Source of the DNA: Ophelia neglecta | Lineage: Eukaryota | DNA length: 64,000 nt | Assembly (NCBI GenBank): GCA_965285935.1 | Contig: OZ260663.1 | Span: 104,470,001-104,534,000, forward strand | Reading direction: 5' to 3' | In this document: piece after piece, positions 1 to 12,696 of the stretch | Layout: each line of letters opens with the position of its first letter | How positions within the stretch are numbered: the first letter of the stretch is position 1 | Program-made: the position numbers and the translations under genes | The notes under the pieces: generated by a model | Told to the model about the DNA's origin: nothing | The model's database searches: none | Seen by the model: the letters and a program-made list of their open reading frames with translations, nothing else

Positions 1-1353
1 CTATACGGTCTCAGTTTAAATTGTCACTATTTCTTGGCGAAGTGCTGAGGCTGTTCAATTGAAAGTGTATTTCTAAAGCCTAATAGATCCACATGTTATA
101 TGTATTTTATCTATATATGTTTATTTGTAGATGTGTTTGTACTCCATGCCTCATATTAGGCCGCGAGTTAATAAAACCTTAACCTAACTCATTATTAAGC
201 CAGACATCAAGGCTTCATTTCTCTTATCTACACAATGTTTTGTGTGTTTATCAAATTTCGACAGTCCCCTCTATTACTGTCTTTTTAGATATAACCATAT
301 TCATATCAATCTTTGTCAGAATACACAAGTACAATGTAGGTAAAATAATACTCGTAAACCAGACGAATTCATGGTATTCATTTTCCTTTTCGACACTCTT
401 TTTGTGCGTTACCAAATTTCGACCTTCCTCTCTTAAAAATATAACCAGATTACACAAAGAGAATATAGGTAACATTATGTATATAAAGGACCATAGTTTT
501 GTCGCTTCCATCAGATCTCAATCTAGAAAACAATCTTAAGGGTCATCGGTGTTAGCCATAGTAGCCTGACCAAAACCCGACTAACAAAACCCAATGAAAC
601 ATATATCGAAAGTGATTACCAACTTGAAAAATTGCTAAAAACATTATTCACCACCTTCCTGAATTTTAAAAGTCATTTATCATCAAAAGTACACTCGGGT
701 TGCGATGTGTCAATACCAAATGGACCTAACGCGTTATTTTTGCTTCATTGTTTTCAATCCACGTCCATCCAAAATTACATTATTTATACCCGTGGCTGTC
801 ACACACTCAGTCCCTGTGAGCTTTAGGATAAGGAAAGGGATGGGTACAAATATTTTAAAACCTTTTTTGACAGTTTGACAGAATGCGTTGGGCCGAGATC
901 ATCAATACCGGTAGAAAAAGAGGTGTGCTGAAATCGCCTTTTGTCAAAATGACGCGGGCTTTTGCGTGACCAATGAACATCATATAAATGCATATTGTTT
1001 CCTAGAATTGTGGGCCATTGAAAAACAATTGTTTCTCCTGCATTTTTAAACGTAACATCACATCACTATAAAACACATGTATCTAATTGTTAATGAGCTA
1101 CCAATTCATATTAACGATACATTAAAATTCGTGGCACTTGTTTTAAAAGTAATATAATCATTTGAATTGTGTGTAAGATTAGTTCCAATGGTTGTAGTAA
1201 CATCGGAAATCGTCGTATGGAAAGCATTGGGTTAATCAACTCTGTCTTAATAGGGTAGTCACATCTGTGTACTTTTGTAGAAATAGCCATCGCTTGATCC
1301 AAAACAAGATGGGTATAATTGAGCGTTGTCTAATACATTACTGGCGACATTAA

Positions 1354-3139
1354 GGGTATACCGAACCCCAACAGAATGTTAAATTTCATAATTGGGTGAT
1401 TTTTAAAAATGTACTGTTTTAGATAGAGCTAAATCTGCTCTATCCATTGGTGTGTTTATTTTTATTCTTAGCATTTTCGATTTTACTCAAAAAAGGATTT
1501 TTATTCATGCCCATCAGCAAATTGTTTGTTTACAAACAAGACATGTTATGGTATTGTTAGTCACATGACCATAGTGATCAGTCATGCATGACCAAGCATT
1601 AGGCAATGGTAATTACGCTCCTCCCCACTCTCACTGGATCACTGATAGTTGTGACAGGTGGGATACCTGTACATAATCCGTTAGTGTGCCCAAGAAATCA
1701 CTAATAGAACTCATGTAAAATGGCTCCAAGAAAGAGGCTGTGTCCGAATTTTCATATGACAATAAACTTGTCAATAATAGTATACAATAGGTCTGAAGAA
1801 TGTATAGCAAACTTTGACATAGAGCCCGATGAAAATGACGACGAATACAGATAATTGAGCTTCATGTATATGTAGTCTATGTACTCTATTATAGAGCCTG
1901 TGTGAGAAAGCATGTATGTGAACGATAAAACGAGAAGCGGACGTTCCTAACTTACTATATCTTACAAGAACGATCTATATTTATCGCCGAGAATTTCACT
2001 ATATCAATTCAACACAGGCTAATCCATTACTACGGGCACAGACCAGACGATTGCAAAGTTTATCCCACAATTCGCCGCAATCTAATATCAAATGTTTGAA
2101 AGGGTCTCTTTTTAGGAATATCCAACCATCCACAGTTATTTTGTATATGAATTACACGGCATTTGCAATAAACAATCGATGTCTGAAGTCAGAGGTTATT
2201 CTATCGCTAATTAATATCCAACTGATGATGCGTGATACTACATTTGACAAGTTAGCTAAACTTATATAAACAGATGATCTGTCTGATATTAGGTAATCTC
2301 GCCTACTTGGCTCCGCCCACAAGGGCTGACGCGACGGCATCACAGCCAATTAAAATCTGTCCGCGTGGCTTACCACGTGGAACTGACCGAGTGACATTTC
2401 AACCGGCTAAAACTCACCGACTAAACTCCCAAAATTACGCTTATGATTGGTGGAAAGAATATGACAGTTAGTGGGATTGTAGCAGACTATACTGCCCTAG
2501 TGGCAAGTGAAAAGGTGAGAATAAATCAAGCCAAATCCAGGCGTCCAAGTTAGAAAAACAGTGTTCCAGCGCCTTCTTTGTTGATTAGGCGCAAAGATGA
2601 TCTGGTGTAAATTGCAAGCTATTCATCATTTTCAAACAACGCTGGCCTCGTCAAACTTTAACCGAATTAAAATCCGCAAACGGGAACTTGTCAATAAGAG
2701 TTATATCTAGTTAAGGATTATTCAAATTTTTTATAAGATTTTCCATCAATTAGTAATCAATCGCCAAAGTTGAGATAGCCAATAATGAGTACTATATTAG
2801 ATGACTAGTTACAAAGTCTATTAAAATCACTGGTTAGGAGAGGAATTAGAAAAATCTGAATAACCCTTTACTAGTTTACACTCTTAGGAACACATTGTCA
2901 CAATTATCACACTTATAAATAATTTCAGTGCTCCATGGCAACCTTTGAAAAAAATAGCTATGTTTCTGACAAAAAGTGCTACAAAGTCTTAATTTTTAAT
3001 TTTTTTCCAGCAATTTCCACTCATTGGCTTCTTGGTACCTAGTGGGCACTATATATTATGAAAGTTTTGTTGTATATATGGTAATCGTCGACAGAAATAA
3101 ATTATAACATTTTACATCCAATAGGGGTTCGGTATACCC
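1354..3139. mobile_element. Non-autonomous TIR DNA transposon, Kolobok-like (TTAA target duplication, purine-purine termini)
   Basis: TTAA at 1350-1353 then GGGTATACCGAACCCC; GGGGTTCGGTATACCC ending 3139 then TTAA at 3140-3143 (perfect 16-bp TIR with imperfect extension). No long internal ORF. GG termini fit Kolobok better than piggyBac (CC). Confidence 0.8.
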
Positions 3140-4213
3140 TTAAAATACAGTGCACTACTAATTTAATATATAGTTATGACGTACAGTCAATGTTTTTTGG
3201 TAAATGTAAAGTATATAGAGCCTCAGCATAAATCAATGAATGCCATCTTTGTGTTTGCTCTGTTACAATTTATTGCTTGTTATGTCATCGACAATAGTCA
3301 TTTCTTATCATTCATATTTATTGTTGTCGTAGGATATATTTCATTGTGCCTCACATGTGCATTAGCCTCCGAGTGTTGATTATTCATAATTGGCTCAAAA
3401 CTTGAATGATTCTGAAAACTTCTCATTGAAAAACCGTCTGATTGAATATTTAATATAGCTACACACTTGTTTTGCTGTTTCAGAAATGACTGATGTTTTA
3501 GTAGCTTGCGGTTGACAATTTACGACTAATTATAAGCTTCATAATTAATGTTTTCTTCTGATTTGCATAGTTGCCAAACTAATGTACATTTGTAAACTGT
3601 TGAGTTTTCCTTGCGCCGACAGATATACGTGAGTAACAAAGCTTACTCCCATAAGCATTTTAATCTCTGTTAAAAGTTTATAATAAGAATGAGAGTAAAA
3701 TGAAATATACCAACCATCATTTAGTAAGTACTGATTTTTTAATAAAAGCGGCAAACTCTGACAACATGTATGTACACTTTGAATTTTTACTTTCACAACA
3801 TGTTTATCTTACTGTTGAGACTTTTGGATTGCTGTTTGTGGGCCTGTGGCTTGTGGTTTCTGATGGTAGAGTAGTAGTATTTCATGAATAATACCGAATA
3901 AAAGATTTTGCTTTGTCTGCCGGGTATCCACTGCCAAGTTTATTTCAAATAGAACCAAGCTAAATGTTATCGTTGAAATCATAGATGAGAACCAATATAG
4001 TTGTTCATAAGGTAAATTTTAAGTAATATGTGTTTGAAACAAGCAAAAGCAATATAAGATGAGAGTCGATATTAACGACGGCGAGTTATTTATTAAGGCT
4101 TAAATACGACGGTCAAACGCTGAGCTCTTAGAGAATAATTTTAATCCGATACCGCGGATGTGCATAGGGACATAAGCTCATTGGTCGATCCTTGATATAT
4201 TACTCATCATTTT

Positions 4214-4540
4214 GTCGGCCATTTTGGATTTTAGCCCATTAAATTTTTAGTGGAGTGTCAGAACTACCTCAAAACATTGAACTCACTTCTGAATTTACTT
4301 CATTGATCCCTAAAACAGTGAAAACCATATATTATCCCACCATGAAAATGTAGTATTAAAATAATAACTTTTGGCAGCCATTTTGGATTTTTGCCTCTTT
4401 AAAAGTCAACAGTGATTCAAAACAATAAATTATTGGCAGATTTGGATTCCTTGACTCCCAAAACCTTGAAAACCACAAATTATGCCATAATCTATGTGAA
4501 AAAAAAATCATATTTTTCGGCAGCCATTTGGATTTTGGGC
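4214..4540. repeat. Repeat remnant with three GCCATTT(T)GGATTTT motifs
   Basis: CGGCCATTTTGGATTTT ~4216, GCAGCCATTTTGGATTTT ~4374 and GCAGCCATTTGGATTTT ~4520, at roughly 150-bp spacing; family not identified. Confidence 0.5.
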
Positions 4541-4755
4541 TCTCCAGAATTCCGCTTAGATTTTTTCAGAGGCACCGGGGCTAAATTTATTATTTAGACC
4601 TCAAAGAAAATGAATCCATGAAAAAACGAACCTTCGCTCTCCACGGTCACGGAATTGCCTTGGATGACCCAACTATATACTATCCTTCTAGAAGAATATT
4701 CATGGCGCAATTTGACTATAGTCCTATGCTATATCAGGTTATAGGTACAGGGTAT

Positions 4756-5796
4756 TTACATTTTAGTTTCTTTGCTGGGGTATGAGTCGTCGCTGTCAGC
4801 CCTCACACTTCTATCGCCGCGATTTTTCCATTTACAACTCATGGTTTTTAATTCTGCTTTAAAAGCTGGCACTCTGAAAGCGTATATTACAGGATTAAAC
4901 GCCGAGTTTAAGGACACCGGAAGTGCGAGAAACGATGTTACTGTAATCAATGTTGGAGAAGGCAGAAAGATTCCTGGAAGATAAACCTGAACTGCTATTA
5001 CCAGTAGGTACGGAATCCAACAGACATAAAATGTACCGAAGATTATTAATCCGGATTTCAAAGTCCTCATATCACGCTGGGAAATAGCACTTTGTGTGTT
5101 GTTCATCTGTAAGGCGCTTCTATTGGACATGAATACTTTTCTGAATATAGCCACATATAGTCCAATGGTCACGATATTGCACACGTAAAAAAATGGTAAT
5201 AGGGTGTAGATGAAGTATTCCCGCTTCATTGCCGTCATCAGATTCCAGTCTAGGTAGCACACGGTCGGATCGTAGGAGTTATGCCAAAGCAGCGGGACCA
5301 CAACGCCGAGGGCTATCGATGGCAGGAACACTAAAATGGTTAGACAAACTTTCCTTATGGACGAAGAAGTAGTATCACATTGATACTTCAAGGGCCATAT
5401 TATTGCCACAAACCGATCATATGTTATAGCAAGCAGGCCGCCTATTGAAGCCATGGCCGAGAAAGAATACAAGGAGTAGTATACAATTTGCATGAAACTC
5501 CCTCTTAGTTCATTTGTCTTAATGACAAAGTAAATTGCCACCATTGCAGGAGGTCCAAGTCCAAAGGTTAGGTCAGAGACAGCAAGTAGTATCAGGCAGT
5601 AGTTTGATGGTGTACGTGCTTTCTTCACTCGCCGGTAGATGTCGATAGTTAGACTGTTTCCGGTGATGGTGAGGGCGCTGATGAGGATAAAAACTGCACT
5701 AATGGTTACACGGGTCGACTTACTGAACTCAAACGTGGTACAGTTAGATGGCACCACTGTTGTTGTGTTAGCCTCCACATCGATAAGTTCGGTCAT
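4756..5796 (-). CDS. Class A (rhodopsin-like) 7TM GPCR, orphan, single coding exon
   Basis: Seven hydrophobic segments; TM1 GN, TM2 LAVSD, TM3 (Y)DRF, TM6 CWIP, TM7 NPVIY. First true ATG is at 5796; the track start at 5814 is a TTG right after a ttacag acceptor, implying an upstream 5'UTR exon. Confidence 0.92.
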   Translation of the reverse strand: MTELIDVEANTTTVVPSNCTTFEFSKSTRVTISAVFILISALTITGNSLTIDIYRRVKKARTPSNYCLILLAVSDLTFGLGPPAMVAIYFVIKTNELRGSFMQIVYYSLYSFSAMASIGGLLAITYDRFVAIIWPLKYQCDTTSSSIRKVCLTILVFLPSIALGVVVPLLWHNSYDPTVCYLDWNLMTAMKREYFIYTLLPFFYVCNIVTIGLYVAIFRKVFMSNRSALQMNNTQSAISQRDMRTLKSGLIIFGTFYVCWIPYLLVIAVQVYLPGIFLPSPTLITVTSFLALPVSLNSAFNPVIYAFRVPAFKAELKTMSCKWKNRGDRSVRADSDDSYPSKETKM

Positions 5797-7309
5797 TTTA
5801 TCGTATGAGTGCAACTGTAAATGTAATGAAAATTAGTTTATAAACAAATCACCAAGCTCAGTAATATCACAGGAACAGAAGAGCGAGGTAAATCTTAACA
5901 TGTCAAGCGTTTTATTTTGGCAATGGGGTAAAGTGACACGGTTACCAGGTAGGAAAGAGGAGTGACAAGAGTAACCTACACTCAAATAAGCTACTTAGAC
6001 AGAAAAGAGTAAATTACACCGAAAGGAATAACCTGCACACAAATCAGGAACTTGCTCCTTATTAAGTAACGTCCACCCACAGTAGTATCTTACACTCGAA
6101 GCAGTAACGGACACCCAAAGTAGTATCTTATATTCAAAACAGTAACATACACCCAAAGCTTTAGTATAATATTCTTCCTATATATCAATCCCATAACTTG
6201 TACTGTTAATATTTTATTATCCTTTTCCTCATCCGAAACAACAAGCACCTTTTACAAAGTAAAACATGGAGTTAGAGTTAAGTTTTTTGTACGGGACGAT
6301 GGGCTTACCTAGACTAGATAATCGTGGCTTCATTATAATTAAATGTTGCCAATAGTGATTCCATCCAATTCAGATGTTCTTTTTCAATTCAGTTCTCATC
6401 GTTCTTAGCAAGGGGTATATGTTCTGGGCAGACTTTATGACGTTTGCTTGTATTATATGTGTCTATTGTCTACCCGGGTATAAACGTACATTCTCTGCTA
6501 AGCCCAATCTTACAACTTTATATTATTTACATTAACCAAAAAAGTAGATTCATAGCTTAGTTCAACACATTTATATTGATAAATTCTTCAACACTGTGCA
6601 CTGTTAAATAGAGATGTTACTCACCTATCAGTTCCTATCGTCATATAGTTCCAGATTCTCTTCAGACTAATCTTTTCAATGACGTAGAAGTTTTGTGCGT
6701 TCAGTACTAGTGTCGGTCTCGGTGTAGCAGTAGATGTGTGAAATGAAATAACGTACTAAGCATTTAATACTGGTGTATCGGTTCTAGCTTGGAAGTCTGA
6801 ACCGGATATTTACATGTCTCAAGCCTGGGCGGATCCAGGGGTACTACACAGGGGGAGGGTGAGGAGGTAAAGGTGTTACGCAATAGGGGGGGGGGGTATT
6901 GGAGGCAAGTCGTGTTAACATGTGGAAAAACAGTTCTTCCTCAAGGCAGACCCCGCGCGAGGCGCTATGGGTCTTTGTCTGAAAACATAGATCCGGTACT
7001 ATCGCGCAGGCATAACCGCATCTCATTTAATCTTACAGCCATAAAAACTTCCATTTAGGTCGCCCAGGGCATCCCTGCACGACCATGTATTAATATCCCT
7101 GCAGTATACCAGTACAGACGTATTTTGAAACACTGTATCAACGCATGGCGTGTTCATTGGTACCGGGTTAAGGCAGCCATTTCATGTAACGATCAGCTTA
7201 TCTCGATACTGTGGAATGTTTTAACTTAATGCAGCTTCAGGGCCTAAGATGTGTTATGGGCTGGGGATGGGGGGGGGGGGGGACAGAGCGATGCGCTGTT
7301 ATCGCTTGT

Positions 7310-7800
7310 TGTGGACTTGAGTAGGCCTAGAAGTAAACGGGTATGATAGGTGTGTATTCCATAGGAAGAGGTTTAGTAATAGCGTCTGTCTGGAAGGCGG
7401 GGTTGAAAGATGGTACAAAGGGGGGTAGGGGGTGGAAATGATAGGGGTATGGTTGAGCAAGTAGGGACTGTGGATGGAGGTGTGCGGTGGTTGCCAAGGA
7501 GGGTGTAAGGCGATAAAGGAAGGAACAGATAAGGGGCGAGTTGGGAAGTGGAGTGGGAAGTAGGGGAAAGCTTGACCTGAAGGGGTTGGAGGTGTTTTGG
7601 TAGGTGCCACACTGTTAAGTGAGCCATTTCAGCGATAAAGTTAAACATAGATTGCATTAAGGATAGATTTGAAAATATCCATGATTTAATCCGTCATGAT
7701 CAAGCAGTTCCAACGAGGCTTGGATGTTTGCTTTTTTGAACATACAAAGATAATAGTAACAAACCAGCAATAATTTCCTTTGCCTTGAACTCGGTCTGAT
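7310..7800 (-). mobile_element. Possible decayed 3' end of a LINE
   Basis: Minus-strand translation ...MQSMFNFIAEMAHL resembles non-LTR ORF2 C-termini and is followed by a C/T-rich 3'UTR-like tract; weak similarity only. Confidence 0.25.
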
Positions 7801-10800
7801 CTGCTAAACATGCCAAAATCTATGCAAATATTTATACGAATTAACATTGGTGTACAAATAATTCAGGATAGAAAAAATAGAAAATGTCCAAAAAGGCAGG
7901 AAACGGGGCCCTTTTTAATTCGGTCCCCTCATAAAACCTGGTGGCTCATTGTGGAGGTCTGACATTTCTTGCATATTTAGGTTCCGACCCGGTGGATTGG
8001 CAATTTATTTGTATAATGTATATATAGCAATTCTATTTGATAGTCTAATTGTTAAGTGCTTTTGAAGGTATGATTGTTTCATATTAAACTTTGTCGCGCC
8101 CCATAGGTACGAAGTCGATGTCATAGGTCATGTTTTTTCTGTCAAACTGTTTGTCTAAGAGCAGTCTACCGTAAAATAACACGTTAAAACTGTACACAAC
8201 TTTTCAGTGTAAGTGATATCATTGTTACTTTTTCATCATTCATATCGTTACAGCTCATGTACTCATTTACTTTTAGACAGTGGATTGACGATTATGGGCC
8301 TGTCACTAGTTGTTAGTGATTTCGGACTACTTTAGTGGACTATTCGTGACTCAACTATATTCCATTAAATTGGCCACGTTTCAAAACCGTCCGGGTAACC
8401 CTTGATGAACTGACTATGAAGTGATTTGCTTTTTTTCATTAGTTTTCAAAGTATTCCAATGTGGCACAAATGTTTACTTGTTTACATCAAGATTATATAT
8501 AAAAGCCTTAATAAGTCACCTTTGACGGTGTGATCCGCCCGTGGCCCGTCGCATTATGGATCACGTGTCTCAACCGATAATAAGCTATTTCAGGGTTTTG
8601 GTGCTAGTTAATATAACCTAAGGCAACAACAAGTACCGTACCATATATGACTCTTATTTTGGTTATCATTCAGTAGATAGGTTCGTGGCCAGCCAATATT
8701 ATCTGAGCTGTTGACAGTTTCCACCAGCCTGGCCAACTTAGCTCGCCCCGTGTTGTGTTTATTACCACAGCGGCATGGAGCATCATTACAAGTATATCAC
8801 TATAGTCTAAAGGTTAAGCAGTGAGACCTATAATCGAGTGCGCGCTTTCATTGGGATTTGCTTTGCAATCTTACAACATCCGCAGTCTCTCATAATTATA
8901 TTGGCAAAACAAATCTTCGAGGCACATAATTATAAATAAACATAGCCTTCTAAACATATATGTTGGAAGGACACATGTTCTTTTCATGTAACCCGCTTCT
9001 ATTTCAGATATTCCAAGGCGACAGGCAGTCTGGGCGGAATTAACTCTCTGATTATCGGGTTCTATTGAGTCTACGCATTCTTCACTTTATTTCGAAAAAA
9101 AAAGACTTAAATTGATATCGCAGAATACAATTTCTTCGAATCAATTTTTATATAATATGGTATAAAACCCATAAATTATATTCAATTTGATAATACTCAC
9201 ATGTAAAAGGACCCCCTCTTATATTCCAACGCATACTATTGTTTATGCCCCCAAGAACTATCATGGCATGGTGAATACACTTATGAGCCTTGAGAAAATT
9301 TAGGTTTTAGGACAAACGTTGGTTTCGTCCGTGCGATTTACTACTTTACTGCTAGATTGCACGTTTGTAGCTGGACAAGTTTTTCGTTTGCGAAACATTT
9401 TTAGAGAAAGGAAATTTAAGAATAAGGCATAAGACGTCTGCTAAAAACATACACTGCGATCGCTAAGCGAAAATTATCCCTTTACAGGTACGGCTACTCC
9501 AAATTCCAGGGCAGAGAGAACGGAAAGGTACGGCGACTCCAAGCAGCCACATACAAACAAATCAGTATCTTACACTGTGCGGGGACATTCAGATAAACAG
9601 TATTAATAAAGCAAAACATGTTGCTCAAATGGCAATCGTTTCATTTTCATGACACCAATTTGATCCCAAACATGCAATAGTAATGTCAATTATTAGTGTA
9701 TGATTAACCCCATACAGCAAATAAAAAACGTCGGGTATATGACCATACACATAGGGATTCTGATGTCACAGAAGTGGGACTCAGTTTGTGGCAAAGGCAA
9801 TGGGTTTGATATATATAGCAGGAGCTTTGGACTTTCTTTCATATTTTATATTATTCACTGTGTAAAATGGTTCATTAAAAAACTGGTATGAGGTTAAAAT
9901 CACTAGTAAGGGATATACTTGGTAAAAGATCCTCTTACTTTTGGGAAGGCTTACCATATTATACGTTATAGAAGTCAGCAAATATTTTATAATGTCACGC
10001 TTTAATCGGATCGTCATATCTTTTGATTGTTAAATAGGCTAAATATCAATACTGTCGTTTTATGCGATTTTTACCAATGTGATAAAACACAAACAAAATA
10101 TCTGAAAGGTTTGAAGCCCAAATCATAGTAGACATGTGCCAATTACTTGTAAGCAGTACCCACCAAAACACTGAACTCGAAAAATCATTGGGGGGAACGG
10201 CGAATTTTTGGTAGACTTCAATGCTTAAATTTTCATTATAAGGGAACCTTTGCCATTAGAGTAGCAGGTAACGAAAATAACGATCGTTGTATGGGAAAAA
10301 GTGTTTTAAAACAACAATTCATAGTCTTCATAATCATCTATTATAACACGAAACATTAACAAAAAGTACTTCTGATTTTCCTGTCCGAATTAGCCTTCAC
10401 CCGGATTTGACGATATTATCACGCAGATTGTATGAACAGGTTACTTCAAACATTGTACTGTGAGTCTCTTCCATATATTTTTGGTGTTTGTATATTATAA
10501 TTAAGCTATTTAAATTAGTGTCAATCATGCATGGTCAACGAAATGCTGCGAAAGGCGCTAAAATCCTTAAGACTATATCTTTAATGAGAGTACTTCTTCC
10601 AAATTGCCAATGTAGAGCAGGTCATTTTAATTATCATGTAGAAAAGATCAATTGAAATATAAAATAGTTGTTGTTCAGAGATAGTAATCTTGTAGATCGT
10701 AGGGTGCCTTACCCATTTGTATAAGTTATTATTCTTGTGATTAAAAGTGTACATAGCGCAAATGTAATAAGAAAGGTATAAGGCTGTTCGTATAGGACAT

Positions 10801-12696
10801 ATTTCATATTTGCACTACATACATGCATTTTCACCTCATAATAGTTCGTTTGGTCGTTTGGGCCACATCATGGAAACCGTTGAAAACGCATCATTGAAAG
10901 ATTGTTCTATGTAATACTTAATATAGTTATTATGCACTTTTTTATTCAATACATCAGTCGATACAACTGTCGCCACGTATGTAAAATGGTGAGTTAGGGC
11001 ACGTATATGTGACCAAAAATAATAAGAGAAAACACAAATCTTATGCAATAGAAATGGTGAAATTTACAGTATCGAAAAGGCTTTATTAATCAGTTGTTTA
11101 TTAGTATTTTTGTTTATGTTTAATAACATATCCGCTCCTTTACTCGAATTCAATTTTTCTTATGGTCCTTATCAACAATAAAAAAATATCATGCTGTGGA
11201 ATGTCTATATTGTCACCCCAAAGAGTTTGAAAACTAGAGTAAAATCGAAACCTTGTAAGATAAATGTTTATATCAATGACAACGACAAATATTTTACAAA
11301 TGTAGTACTTAGTGCAAATAGAGCATGAATTTTATTAGCAAAACTAGCTACACATAGGCGCCATAATCAAGAAAGAGATAAACCATAGATTCATTCTATA
11401 CGAAAACCGTTGTCTATGTATTGTAAACTAAAAAGCTCATTTATGTTTAATTAAATCGCCATACACATCAAGGTATTATATCATTTCTACCTATGTATGC
11501 ATCATATAACTAGCTCGAAGAACATTCTAGTCGTTAGAAAATCTGGAATACCGGTTTACACCGCACAAAAAAACTAGTCCATTGTATGCCGTGAAGCCAA
11601 TCCGTCCAATCACAGACAATATATATTGACCACTACATAAACTACAGTTATTCAAAAAAATCACTTGGTGAAATTTGTATGTTCTTCAAACACATATTTA
11701 TCGAAAAGAGGTAGTTTTCATTTGTAATAAATCAAATATAACAAATCATATCTGCATATAGTCACTGAGAGGAACAGAAAAACAGTATGAGTCTATCCAT
11801 GAAAGATGACACTTTAATACAATTTCCCTCTTAGAATATGGATATTATACGTGGAACACAATAAGCTAACTAGACAGCAATACCTGTGTCTACGTGCTCC
11901 TCCCTTTTACCAAATATGTTAACTAAATAGACAGCAAACAGTTACTCCACCCATAGTATAAAACATACTATCCATGCTTATATATTCTTTATTCATTATT
12001 CTGCTTTTCAGAAAGAACTAACATTAAATATTTCAAATGCATGTTTGGAATTAAAAAAAATATACTTCTTAAAGACATAAGCTATAACTGTTTAAACATT
12101 TCACACAGGCATTTGTTTAAATATATTTTTGTTCGCTTACAAGCTTAAAAATAAATCTAATTATTATAACAAAAAGCAATCATATCTACCATATTGCATG
12201 TTTGAAAATAAACTCGTTAAAACAAAATGGTGGAAAATATACCCTTATACAACCGTGCTTTTGCATGTCGCTAATTTGTGTCATATACCTTAGATTATTA
12301 TACTACTAACATCAGAGCATGCTTTCACTTAAAGTTACATGTCAACATGCACGGCACTGAACGCCAGGAGACGAGGGTGTCGCAGGGGCGCGGGCATGAG
12401 CGTAAAACGTCTGATATTAGCTAGTTTTCCGTATGGTATAAGTCATACACATTTCATTCAGCAGGCTATACGTTTTTTTGGATAGATACTTCGGTACATT
12501 TGGAGTCGAGAAATATAACCGGTGAATACACTTCACAAAATCATCTTTTTATCTGTGCTTTATATTTGCTTAAACGCATCAATATTGTTCTACGTGTGTA
12601 ACAAAAGCAAGGAAACCTATACTGTTTATCAAATAAGGGCATTTCTATGATAGCGCAGATCTCAAAAGGAAGAATTCAGTATAACGGTGATTTCTT

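Noticed and set aside
1-520. Possible LINE 3' ends at the window start
   Set aside because: Only an AATAAA plus short-repeat tail and vague peptide similarity; too weak to call.
6820-7000. MITE with GGCGGATCC-type ends
   Set aside because: Right end matches poorly and no target duplication is visible.
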